A stretch of DNA of 63,809 nucleotides, counting the filler, from Microthyrium microscopicum (taxonomy: Eukaryota), in NCBI GenBank assembly GCA_010405405.1. It is 8 parts of 5 records of this genome, joined end to end, with 100 filler letters (N's around TTAATTAATTAA, not from the genome) between each part and the next. Parts side by side here need not be neighbours in the genome. Positions count along the whole stretch, not along the records: positions 10,102 to 22,276 come from MU004245.1; positions 22,377 to 44,829 come from MU004249.1; 6 more parts are not named here. One strand, written 5' to 3'. The number at the start of each line of letters is the position of its first letter. Positions within the stretch are counted from its first letter, which is position 1. Shown here piece by piece: positions 13,709 to 26,265 of the stretch. The notes beneath the pieces are model-generated. The model did no database searches and was not told the DNA's origin. It saw only the letters and a program-made list of their open reading frames with translations. The position numbers and the translations under genes were made by a program.

Positions 13709-14828
13709 CTACCCTAAAAAGGTAATTGTTACTTGCTTTTAAAGCTACGTTTACCCCTTTTTAGGGAAGGTTATTTTTCCCTTTTTAGTAGGTGTAGAGG
13801 ACGAGCTATAGCTCTTTTTAATACGTCGCGGAAGGTGCAAAAATTTTTGTATTATATGACTGCTATATATAGCTATAAGATCATCCTTATCAAAGCCCTA
13901 CTAACTAACAATGGACTAGCGTTAAAAATTATATGATTGGAAACTAGTTATAGCTATACGGCACGCAAAGCTATATAAAACAAGCTATAACATTGCTAAA
14001 GCGTAGTAAATTTAGTATGCTGAAGCTAATTCTTTTACGGCTCTTAGCAATTAGATCGGAGGAGCGGCCTTGGCTTAGTAAGTCCGAAATCTAGCCGCAA
14101 TTGGTTAAGGCAAAGATCGGACTGAATGACACGGCAGTAAATCACGGGATCCAGGACACTACGGCTTAGTAAGTACGGTGCCCTTAGGTTGGTATAAACA
14201 CGGCGTTATAGGAATAAGCTGGCAGACTTAGGGGAGGTGACCTAGAATACGCCGGGCTAAAGGACTTGGATTTTGGCTCGAAAGCGAAGTACAGCGTAGA
14301 CGGATAGCTTTTAGCAGACCGTTGGCGCTGCTTCGGACTTGGTATTGCGGCACGAATGGAGGGATCTGATATAATAACAAATAAGGAAGGAATCTCGGCC
14401 CCTTGGGGACGATAACATTGGCAACTTTAGGAACTTGAAGCAGTGGACCGAGCGGAAGAACAATAACCCGTAGCGGAACTAGCCTGGAGAAGTGCTAATG
14501 GGCTGAATACTCCTTGGAATTTAGCTCCCTGATCCGCTAAAGCTTCCGCGGCTTAGGGGGCTAATGGAGCTTAGTAGGGTATAATATTAGCCTTAGCATA
14601 AATTGGTATATAGAACATAATAGCGGGGTTTTCTCTTATGTAGTTAGCGCTTTAGTTTGCTAAACATGTAGGGATTAGCTAAAGCCGGACTAGGCCTTAG
14701 GCCTAGAGTGAGCTAGCTTGGCTAGATTTGGGTAGATTGGCTAATTAGATAAGGGTTTTTACCTGCTTATTAAGAGTAGCGTCTGCATAGCCTATTAGCG
14801 TAGCTGAAAAGATAATAAATAAGATTTA
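13615..14828 (+). mobile_element. tRNA-headed SINE-like retroposon, 1214 bp, with 19-bp target-site duplication
   Basis: Starts exactly at G1 of a tRNA-like head and ends in an AT-rich tail. Flanked by identical ATAATAATCTTTATAAATA (13596-13614 and 14829-14847). Absent from the paralogous copy, which has a single ATAATAATCTTTATAACTA at 46232-46250. Much more GC-rich than its flanks. Confidence 0.85.
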
Positions 14829-17118
14829 ATAATAATCTTTATAAATATTTATACTTTAGTATTTATTATTAGAGATATCTTATTATACTTTATTAGTTAC
14901 CCTTCTCTAATACGCTTTCTAGAGAAGATTAAAATAGTAAGGTATTTTTTATATTAATTTTTTTCTTTTAAAAAAAAGTCTTAATATCTTTAATATTAAT
15001 ACGTTCTATATTAATATATTATATTACACTAAGTTAATTTATAATAATATAGATAGTTTTTAACTATTAATTAATTAGTATTTTAGTTATACTAAATACT
15101 ATAACTACTTATTATTTAGAGATACTATATATAAAATATAAATAATATTACTATCCTTTATTAGTTATAGCCTACTATAGACTACTATCTATAGTAGGCT
15201 TATTAATAATAACTAATTACTTTCTTATTTAGAGATTTTATCTTATAAATAGGCTTACTAGTTATAATAAAGTAATTCTAGTATACCTTTTAAGTCTAAT
15301 TTTATTCTTTCTTTACCTATTTTTTTAATAATACTCTCCTAAGGCTATAGTTCTATATAACCTATTATACTTATATAGTAGTTATACTTTAGGCTAAGGT
15401 ATAGTAATTAGGTTATTTTATATATTAGAAGAGCTTACGTTTTATAATATAGAAGAAAGTTAGTTAAAAACTAGTATGTTATTTAAATACTATTTAAACT
15501 AAATACTAGTAAGTTAGTAATTAGAAGGAAGGTTACCTAAAAACTAAAGCTAACTATTATAATTTTCTACTATAATCTTTAATTAAACTAGGCTATATAA
15601 AGACTTTCTAATATTATTATAGCTTTATTATTATTATATATAGAGATAATTCTATATAGTACCCTATATTCTTAGGAAGCATAAGTACTATATTAGGAAT
15701 AATATAAATAGTATAAGTAGGTTATAGGATTATTAACCTATATAAACTATAGGCTTTTAATTTTACTAAGAGTATTCTTATCTATAAAAAGTAATCCTAC
15801 CTTAATCTAGTATTAATAAGTATATTTAATACGTTAGCCTTAACGTATAATAGAAGTTATACTTTTTACTTTAATATAAAGTATATATTTTTTCTAGGAA
15901 GGTTAAGTTTATTAGGTAAGGACTCTAGGTAGCCTTATTAAGGTAATTTAACTATATTATTTATTAGCTAGTAGTTATACTTTAGATATACCTAACTTTT
16001 CCTTAAATAGAAATCTTAGTATATATTATTAATCTAAAGTAGTAAATATTATTATTAAAAGAATATAGATATAAAAGCCTCTAAAAAAATAGAGAAACTT
16101 TATTATTTAGTATATAATTAGTAGTATATTATGAGAAAAGTAGAGATATACTTTCTATTAATATATACTAGATAATATAAATAGATATTAATAAATATTA
16201 TTATTAATTTATTAATATATAGAGGTAAGCTAGTTAACTACTTCTAAATATTTTTATTTAAGTAACGTTCTTCTTAAGTTAAAAAGTACTAGTCCTTAGT
16301 AAGTAGAAGTAGTAACTATAGTATATATCTAACTACTAGATAATTAAGTAGTAAAAGAGTAGCTTAGAATTAGCTAATATCTAAAAATATATTACTAGCT
16401 ATAGTAGTTACTAACTAATTATTATGCTTATTTATAAAGAGATATTATAAAATCTAAGTAATTAAACTTTTAACTTATAGAGCTTATATATCTATCTACC
16501 TTATTACTTAGTAATAATTAATAACTTTAAGAATAAACTAAGAGTTTATTTAGGATATTTAAGAGTATAGTATAGTAAGCCTATATTTTATATATTATAA
16601 CTAATAGAAATAAAAATATAAAAAGCGTATTATAAGCTATTCTTTACTAGATTTAAGCCTATAACCTATACTTTAAGTAAGTCTTAAATTTACTCTATTA
16701 TCTACTAATCTACTTTAAGATAGTAGGAATTACTTTTAGTATCTCTATTTATTTTAGTAGTTATTTTTTAATATATTTACTTTTACTTATTATTACTACG
16801 CCTAGGATAGTAAAGTAAGTATACTACTTTGCTTGCCCTAGGTGCTTATTATATATTTAGTTCTTTTATCTTTTTAAGAAGTCTTCTATTTATAAAGATA
16901 GTATTATATTAATAGGTTAAAGCTAATTATAAACTTAGGTATATATTATAAGTATTAATTAAAGTATAGCTAGTAGTACTTCTTTATAAAAAGATAGTTA
17001 TATCTAACGTAATAGTATATTTCTACTAAAAACTATATTATATATATACTAATAGAGTACTAGATCCTTATCTACTATATTATTAAATAAGGTAGTACTT
17101 TATATAAAAGAAATATAT

Positions 17119-17331
17119 ATTAGTAACGAAATAACTAATAGGTAAAAGTATATCTACTTCCTTCTACTATTAAAAAGAATACTAACTTAATATTAAATTA
17201 ATAAAAATCCTAATTTAGGTAGGCATTAGCTCCTTTAGAAGCTATATTAGACCCTAATTATTCTCTTAGTTTACCTAGGGGGTAGTTAAGGTCTAATATT
17301 AAAAGATAAAGACTTAAAAATACTAAAGGAA
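17119..17331 (+). repeat. Direct repeat DR1 (~212 bp) with internal ~25-bp-stem hairpin
   Basis: Matches 18242-18453. Contains ATATTAGACCCTAATTATTCTCTTAG-tttac-CTAGGGGGTAGTTAAGGTCTAATAT (17244-17299). Confidence 0.9.
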
Positions 17332-17519
17332 ACTAAAGACTAAAGATATAAACTAAAAAAAAAATATAAACTTAAAGTAAACCTAGATATATTATTAGCA
17401 AACTACTCCTTATAAGTAATAAGTTTATAAGTACTATTAATTTATAGGTAAATTAGGAGTAGGACTAATATATAGGTTAAATAGAAGTAAGACTAATCTA
17501 TAGCTTAGCTAACTAAGAG

Positions 17520-18215
17520 AACTAAAATTAAGAAGGAATTACTTAAGTTAATATATAATAGCTTACAAAATAAGACCTTTACTAGATAAGCTAAGTTGCT
17601 TATACTAATTAATAATAGTTAGTATTAATACCTATAAAAGTAAAAAGAATATTAATCCTACTTATATTACTTCTTACTATAAAGAGATAAAAAAGAGAGA
17701 TAGCTACGTTCCTCTTTTTTATATATAATAATATAGCGACTCTTAATATAGGATTTAGATACGCTAAAACAAAATAGAATCTTTTAGTAATATAATAAAT
17801 AATATTATAATAAGATCCTATTTCTATTATAACGTTATTTATTATATTAGAAATAGGATCTTATTATAATATTATTTATTATATTACTAAAAGATTCTAT
17901 TTCGTTTTAGTGTATCTAAATCCTATATTAAGGGTTACTATATTATTATATATACTATCCCTTAATATTCTACTAAACCTTAATACTTAGCTTATTAAAG
18001 TTTAGTAAGATATATATAGTTAGGAACGTAGCTATCTCTCTTTTTTATCTCTTTATAGTAAGGAGTAATATAAGCAAGACTAATATTCTTTTTACTTTTA
18101 TAGGTATTAATACTAACTATTATTTATTAGCTTAAGCAACTTAGCTTATTTAGTAAAGGTCTAATTTTATAAGCTATTATATATTAACTTAAGTAATTCC
18201 TTTTTAATTTTAGTT
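17520..18215. repeat. Nested inverted repeat (fold-back): 194-bp outer arms, 107-bp inner arms
   Basis: 17520-17713 is the reverse complement of 18022-18215. 17720-17826 is the reverse complement of 17848-17954. The apex is ~21 nt and there is a one-sided bulge at 17955-18021. Confidence 0.92.
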
Positions 18216-18241
18216 TCATTATTCTATATTATAGTAAGAAA

Positions 18242-18453
18242 ATTAGTAATAAGATAACTAATAAGTAAGAGTATATCTACTTCTTCTTAATATTAAAAAA
18301 AATACTAACTTAATATTAGACTAATAAAAATCCTAATTTAGATAAATATTAGCTCCTCTAGAGCTATATTAGACCCTAATTATTCTCTTAGTTTACCTAA
18401 GGGGCAGTTAGGGTCTAATATTAAAAGATAAAGACTTAAAAATACTAGAGGAA
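18242..18453 (+). repeat. Direct repeat DR2 (~212 bp)
   Basis: Second copy of 17119-17331, including the hairpin (..GGGGCAGTTAGGGTCTAATA). Confidence 0.9.
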
Positions 18454-18654
18454 GTATAATAGCTCTAGATTAATTAGGGGAATAGATATAGTTAGTAATA
18501 CACTATTATATAAAGGAAGGAGCACGCTATTCTTAATAAGATTACATGCCGCATCTAACTTATAAGATAACCTAAATACTATAATATTACTAAGACAAAC
18601 TATATACTTTTAAGAACTTTCTATTTTACTATTTAGAATTTATAAATTATAAAT

Positions 18655-21600
18655 ATAGATTATTTTAAGGTAATCTTTAAGGAATATCTATAATATAAAG
18701 TTATAGTCTATTCTAAATATAGCTATATAGTCCTACTAATATTATTTTCTAGACATATTAAAAAATACTATAAAAGCTTATTACTAACTACTAAGAAGGA
18801 GCTTATTTAGAAACTATAACTTATTATAGGACTTATATAGAATATTAATAAAGTAGTATTTCTAACTAAGACTTATCTACTAATTCTAAGGATTCTAATT
18901 TATTATAATAAATAGAAATATTTAGAGTATAAGTATATATATAAAGGCTAAGTAATTTATATTTAAGAGTATTATTAAATTAAGTATAGCTAGATTAATC
19001 TAAATAAACAAGGCTATTAGATAATTAAAATATAATAAAATATATTAAATTAGTATTATCTATAGAGAAATAATGTTTATTATTAAAAGATCTTTATATA
19101 GCTACCTTAGAACTAAATTATTAAAGTCTATTAACTACTAGACGCCTAGTAAGTAGCTTAGCTATATCCTAAGTATAAAATAATTTAATATTAAGTATTA
19201 GCAACTTAGTAAAGAAAATAAGAAAATTAATATAAGGAATTAATTAATATAGAGAGCATAATAAGCTATCTAGAAGCTAATATATAGATTAAGTATATAA
19301 AATAGGCACGAATCTTATAATTATATAAATAAACGTAGCTAATTAGTTTTATATAACCTATTAACGTTTAAATAGAAGCTAAACTTATAAAAATTAGTAG
19401 ATTAGTCTAATAAGTTATTTAAAATACTATTAAGAATTTATAAAAAAATATTATTAGTTAAATAGCACTTAAAATAATTAATTAAAAGATTTTTAGTAGT
19501 AATAGCAAAAATAGAGCTAGAAAGCTAATACTAGTTTAATAATTAGCTAAAATAATTTAAAGATATAGTAATGTCTAGTTATAAATTATTTAATTTATTT
19601 AGTATATATATAAGGAAGAATAGCTTAAGCTAACTATATCTAATAAAGAAGACTAAAAAAAGTATTAAGACTTTACTAAAGAGGAGAAAGTAAGGTTAGA
19701 CTTTAAGTTAATTAAAAGATAAGATATGCTACTTAAGGATATCTAGAACTTATTAAGTATATTACTAAGTAGAAAAGTAAATAATAATTTAATAGATATA
19801 GAGTTTATAAATAAAAGTAAAGATAAGGGTATAAAAATAAAATTAAAAAAGGAAAGAAAAAAATTAGATAGTTTAGTTTTAGATTTATTTCTAGCTTTAT
19901 TAGATTATAATATTAGTAGTATTACGTATAAGAGTATTTTTATTACTATAATTATAGTTATTAGTTTAGAAAAAGATAGTAGATAGAAAGATCTATTATT
20001 ATTTACTCTATGTTTATTAGCTATTATTATACTTAGGCGTATATTTATATTATATAAAGCTATATATAAGAGAGTAGAAAGAATTGCTAAGTTATTAAAA
20101 AACGAAGAAATATATAAAAAAGATATAAAAGATATAGCTAAGTAGTATTATAAGATTATTAAGTAAATAGCAAAGAGGTTTATAGGATTAGTAGTAGTAA
20201 GATATATTCTAGGTCTAATTAACTATATTTTAAAGATACGTATATATAGATTAAAGATTTAATATAATATAATAAATTAAAAGGTAATTAGCTAGATAGA
20301 TAATAAGTTATTATTTAGTAAGGTACGTTTCTACTCTAATTATAATTTAGAGAATATAATAGCTAAAGTACTAGTAGGTAAGGTATGCTTTAGTATATTA
20401 TAACTTAGTTCTATAGTAGTAAACTTATTAGAAGAGACTAGAGAGTATCTCTATAAAGACTTATTATTATTTATAATAGTTATTAATAATAATACTATTA
20501 AATAGTAGAAATAATATAAATTACTAATAATTCGTTAGAAATATCTAGAAGATAATATATCTAAAATATAGTAAGATTAGAATTTTTTAGTTAATAGAAG
20601 AAATACTTAAGATAATATATTACTTAAAGAAGTTAGAAACTATTAGATTCTAGATAATTAAGTGCTTACTAATTTAAAGATTAATATAAAGTTTTTACGT
20701 ATAATACTAAATAAGAAGGAGATACTTAAAGTATATCTAGATTAAAAGTAAATATTTAAGTACTAAGTAGTAATAAAGAAGATAAAGAAGAAGTTATTAG
20801 TTCTAATCTATATAATAAGTAGCTAGCTAGCTTAAGGTATAGAAATTATTATAATAAAATTTAAAAATAGGCTAGCTAGTTTACGTTAAGGAATTTTTAT
20901 TAAGAATAGCTTAATAGCATTTATTACTAGGTACTATAAAGGTTTTAATTTATTAGTAATCTTAAAGGTAGTTTATTAATATATACTATTAGAAGTTAGT
21001 AAATTATTATATTATTATTTATAGCTTATAAAACCTTTTTAGGTATATATATTAGAAATAGCTAGAGTAGAGATAATAAAGAGTAAGTACTTATAGCTAC
21101 TAGTAAGTAATAAAAAGGAGCATAATATAGATAAGGTAGATATTAATAATTAGGAAGAAAGAGAAAATAAAAATAGCTATATAGCTATAAAATAAGAAAT
21201 ATAAGGATTAAATAATAAAATAGAAGATATAATAGTACTTAAAGAGAATAAAGATAGTAATATAGTAGAGTAGAATAAAAAAGAGAGTATTTAATTATAG
21301 TAAAAAAGTAAGGAATCTATAGAATTTATAAATAAAGAATAGTTATTAATTTAGGTTTAAAAAGTATTAATTTAAGAGATAGAGAAGCATCTAGGTATAT
21401 AAATAATAATATTAATATAGTAATATATATATATTATAATTATACGTAAGTATATTAAAAATAGATTAGTAGAATATATAATTATAAAGTAAGAAAATAG
21501 TTTAGGAATAGAAGAAGTATTAAAAACTAGAGTAGAGGTAAATATAAGTAAATTAGATTTAATAGCTAATAAATAAGCTAGTTATAATACGCGAACATTA

Positions 21601-22276
21601 GTAATAATATATATATATAGCTATAGTAAGGCGTTTAGTATATTATATACTAGGTAAGAGGTATTTAGAAAGGTAAGTACTACTTAGTATAAAGTATTAC
21701 TATTATTATCTACGCTTAAAGAGGAATAATAGTTAGAAAAGAGAAAGATATAAACCTTAGTAAAAGTAAGTATAGAGGATAGTATAATATTATACTAGTT
21801 ATTATTACGTTAAATTAATATAAATATATAGTTAGAAAAGTTAGTAAGTAAAAGTATAAAGTTTTAGAATATTTAAGAGTAAGAAATTAAAGTAGTTATA
21901 TTATAAAAAAGTCTTATTATTATAATTATAAAAATAAAAAGAGACAAAAGTTTATTATTTATATTACTAGCATTATATAAAAGTAGAGGAGTTAAAGGTA
22001 TAACTATTATTATTATTCTATTTATTACTTTAAAGAAAGATATAATAATAAGATATAGAAATTTATAGATTAATACTATAGAGTAAAACCTTAAAGGTTA
22101 ATAAAATTAAGTAAATATTATTTTTATAATACTAGAAGTAGCTATAAAAGAAGCTTTTTTATAGTTTTTAACTAAGTAAAAGTAGATTAGTTAGTTAAAT
22201 AGGATTATATTTAATAAGTATTATATAATATTAAATACTATAGTGCTAAAGAAGTAGAGGAAAAAGATACTAGATT
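18655..22276 (+). pseudogene. Telomere-linked-helicase-type gene: DUF3505/OrsD-like N-terminus + tyrosine-recombinase-like region + RecQ helicase; truncated by gap
   Basis: All checked motifs lie in one frame (de-RIPed): YKVMVCSECGYAV....RH...HH (~18690); IHMTSGQPARGTEI (~20806-20847); WRH..IAI.R (21418); DEQAGH....S..MY (21568-21612); FRGIQ, VMGTGGGKSLLFMLPA (Walker A, ~21925); TVVVIP; RIVFDECH (22201-22224). Confidence 0.85.
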
Positions 22277-22376
22277 NNNNNNNNNNNNNNNNNNNNNNNN
22301 NNNNNNNNNNNNNNNNNNNNTTAATTAATTAANNNNNNNNNNNNNNNNNNNNNNNNNNNNNNNNNNNNNNNNNNNN

Positions 22377-22800
22377 TTCTAGTAAATTACTAAATTTTAT
22401 AATATTTAATACTATAAGTATAACGCATAGACTAACTAGGTCTATAACGTTTTAATAACTTATTTTAGTATAATATTTAATACTATAAGTATAACGTATA
22501 GACTAACTAGGTCTATAATATTTTAATTAAAGTTTTAGTAAATTACTAAATTCTATAATATTTAATACTATAAGTATAACGTACAGACTAACTAGATTTA
22601 TAATATTTTAATAAATTGTTCTAGTAAATTACTAAATTTTATAATATTTAATACTATACGTATAACGTACAGACTAACTAGCTCTATAATATTTTAATAA
22701 AAGTTCTAGTAAATTATACTTTATAATAATTAATATTATAAGTATAACGTTTAGATTAACTAAATTAACGTATTTATAATGTTTTAATCTAGTACGTATA
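22377..22800. repeat. Tandem repeat, ~5 units of ~71-85 bp
   Basis: ACTATAAGTATAACG.A.AGACTAACTAG recurs at ~22411, 22482, 22567, 22652 and 22735. Confidence 0.85.
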
Positions 22801-25794
22801 ATATTTAGAAAAGGTAGTAGCTATTATAAAGCTAATTATAGTAGTAGTATATAATCTAGAATCCTTTATATACAAAATATATTAGATTTCTTTTTACTTT
22901 TAAATTAGTAGTATATATAATCTAATTATTATATTCCTATTTAAATATATATAGTAGTGTTATATATAACCTAGTAGTTATAATATATATACTATTAAAA
23001 TAGTAGCTATTATATATAATCTAGAATACCCTATAAGTAAAATATATTAGATTTATCTTTATAGTTAAATTAGTAGTAAATATAATCTAATATCCTATTC
23101 TAATTTAAATATATATAGTCGTATTATATATAACCTAGTAGTTACTATATCTAGAATAAATTAGTAGTAGCTATTATAAAGCTACTTATAGTAGTAGTAT
23201 ATATAATCTAGAATACTCTATACGTAAAATATATTAGAACTCTATTTATGTTCAAAGTAGTAGTATTATATATATATAGTAGACGTTCATAAGCTAGAGT
23301 TAGGTTAGTCTATACGTAAAATATTAGACTACTAAAAGTTTATATTTTTAGTAGAGAGATACTTCTATACCTCTATAATACCTCTAATACCTACTTAATA
23401 AATATACTCTAAAGCTTATATTACTTAGGTTAACGTTCTCTATTAAATATATATAATTTTATATAATATAGTACTCTTATTAAGTAGATAGATCTAATAG
23501 TATAAAGTTAGGACTTAGTAAAANNNNNNNNNNAGTAGCTATTATAAAGCTAATTATAGTAGTAGTATATAATCTAGAATCCTTTATATACAAAATATAT
23601 TAGATTTCTTTTTACTTTTAAATTAGTAGTATATATAATCTAATTATTATATTCCTATTTAAATATATATAGTAGTGTTATATATAACCTAGTAGTTATA
23701 ATATATATACTATTAAAATAGTAGCTATTATATATAATCTAGAATACCCTATAAGTAAAATATATTAGATTTATCTTTATAGTTAAATTAGTAGTAAATA
23801 TAATCTAATATCCTATTCTAATTTAAATATATATAGTCGTATTATATATAACCTAGTAGTTACTATATTTAGAATAAATTAGTAGTAGCTATTATAAAGC
23901 TACTTATAGTAGTAGTATATATAATCTAGAATACTCTATACGTAAAATATATTAGAACTCTATTTATGTTCAAAGTAGTAGTATTATATATATATAGTAG
24001 ACGTTCATAAGCTAGAGTTAGGTTAGTCTATACGTAAAATATTAGACTACTAAAAGTTTATATTTTTAGTAGAGAGATACTTCTATACCTCTATAATACC
24101 TCTAATACCTACTTAATAAATATACTCTAAAGCTTATATTACTTAGGTTAACGTTCTCTATTAAATATATATAATTTTATATAATATAGTACTCTTATTA
24201 AGTAGATAGATCTAATAGTATAAAGTTAGGACTTAGTAAAAATTCTATTATTAAAATGCTACGTTAGGAAGACTTAGCAAAGTAACTTACTAATAGAATA
24301 CAACCTCTTCTTTAACTATTAGTAACTATACCTACTAAACTAATATCTAATAGCATAATACTACTCTACTTTATAGCTCTATATATTATTTACTTATACT
24401 TACTCTATCTAAAGTTAACTCTCTATTTAATTCTAATAGTCTTAGCAACTTACTCTAAAGGGCTCTTTAAAAACTATAACCTAGCTTTTTTAATATTCCT
24501 CCTAGGCTATAGTTCTTAAGAAGCTTATAGTAATATCTAGATTGCTAATATACTATACTATACCGTGCTATACTATAATTAAGCTAAAAGTTAATAGTCT
24601 TAAATAAATATATTCTCTTTACGTACTATAGTTACTAACTATTACAATATAAGACTACTAAATAACTAGGTTATAGACTTTAGATAGCTCTTTAGTACCT
24701 TATTATAAGACTAGGATGTAGTAATAATAGGTACTACCCTAATCTATTATAGTAAATATTAAATAATTCGTATATACTAAAGAAGATAGTATAGATAATA
24801 ATTAAGATATAGAAGATAGAGGAAGGATTATATTATTATAGGGTTTATTAATTTCCTTAACTCTAGCTAAACCCTTACCTAACTCTAAACTAAAATATTA
24901 CTAACTTTACTCTTTAATACTACTACTTTTTCCTACCTAGCAATTATAAAAATACTATTCTCCTATATTCCTTAATAATAAACTCTATACGAAAGGAAAC
25001 TACCTATTCTACTATTAATTATACTAGTTAAAGACTTATAATAGTAATATACTACTTATAAAATATAGTAAAACTATAATAAATATATATATAACTAGCA
25101 CTTTAATAAATTAGCCCTTAGAGGAATAAGTAAGTTTCTAAAAGGACTATAAGATATATTAAAGTAGATGTACTTAATAGAGCTTAACATTAATACTAAT
25201 CTTATTATACTAACTAACTAAAGTAACTTAGAATATATCCTAGAAAAACTTAGAGAGTTATTAAGTAATAAGCTCTTCTATTCTATTAATAATACTACTT
25301 TATATATACTCTATATTCTTCTACTATGCAAACCTTCTTTAGGTCTATTATACTTTTAGTATTAATACTACTTAGATATAAATGCTTAGACTTATAAAGC
25401 GTTAAAGCGTATTAAGATATAAGAGTATAATAATAAGGATAAATTTACTAGTCTATATAAGATTAGTAAGTATATTAAAGTAGTTCCTATTACTTAGTAT
25501 GAAATCACCTTATATTATCCTTACCTAATAATTATCTAGTAAATTATATTAGCTACGAAATTCTATATGCCCTTACTATTTACTTACTATATAACTTTAG
25601 CACTATATCTTGCTAGATATTAATAACTTCTATAGTATATTTTCGTTTTAGGACTTACATTACCTCTTTAATATTAATAAAGTTATATACGCTAATTATA
25701 GAGGAATTTAGCTATTTAATTTTAATATATCCTAATATCTACTTATAATTACTAAGATTACCTCTACTTAAAAGTACTACGAAAGTATATAAAA

Positions 25795-26265
25795 TAACCT
25801 CTATCTTTACTAATATAAGGCTAAAAAAGAAATAGATAATATATCTATACTTAGCTCGTTAAGCTACTTATTTTCTATATCTTTTTACTATAGTAAAAAA
25901 AATGTCCTCTATAGGGATTAACTTAGTAACCTTACTACTACTAAGGTTACTAAAATATATAAAATTACCTCTTATCTTTACTAATATAAGGCTAAAAAAG
26001 AAATAGATAATACATCTATACTTAGCTCGTTAAGCCGCTTATTTTCTATATCTTTTTATTATAGTAAAAAAATGTCCTCTATAGGAATTAACTTAGTAAC
26101 CTTGCTACTACTAAGGTTACTAAAATATACAAAATTACCTCTATCTCTACTAATATAAGGCTAAAAAATAAATAGATAACGTATCTATACTTAGCTTATT
26201 AAGCTGCTTATTTTCTATATCTTTCTATAATAGTAAAAAAAACGTCCTCTATAAAGATTAAATAG
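25795..26265. repeat. ~3 x 169-170-bp tandem repeat with small hairpin
   Basis: Units start at ~25795, 25965 and 26134. They contain TAGTAACCTT-actactact-AAGGTTACTA. Confidence 0.9.

Larger units (their letters stand above)
12288..15699 (+). repeat. Interspersed repeat copy A (host of the SINE insertion)
   Basis: Collinear with 44930-47102 apart from mostly transition differences and the 1.2-kb insertion. Confidence 0.9.

Noticed and set aside
13733..13936. Supplied 67-aa ORF
   Set aside because: TTG start, inside the SINE just after the tRNA head, and no recognisable motif; likely chance.
22816..24241. 708-bp tandem duplication across a 10-N gap
   Set aside because: The copies are essentially identical (I saw one difference) and abut the gap, so this is most likely an unmerged contig overlap.
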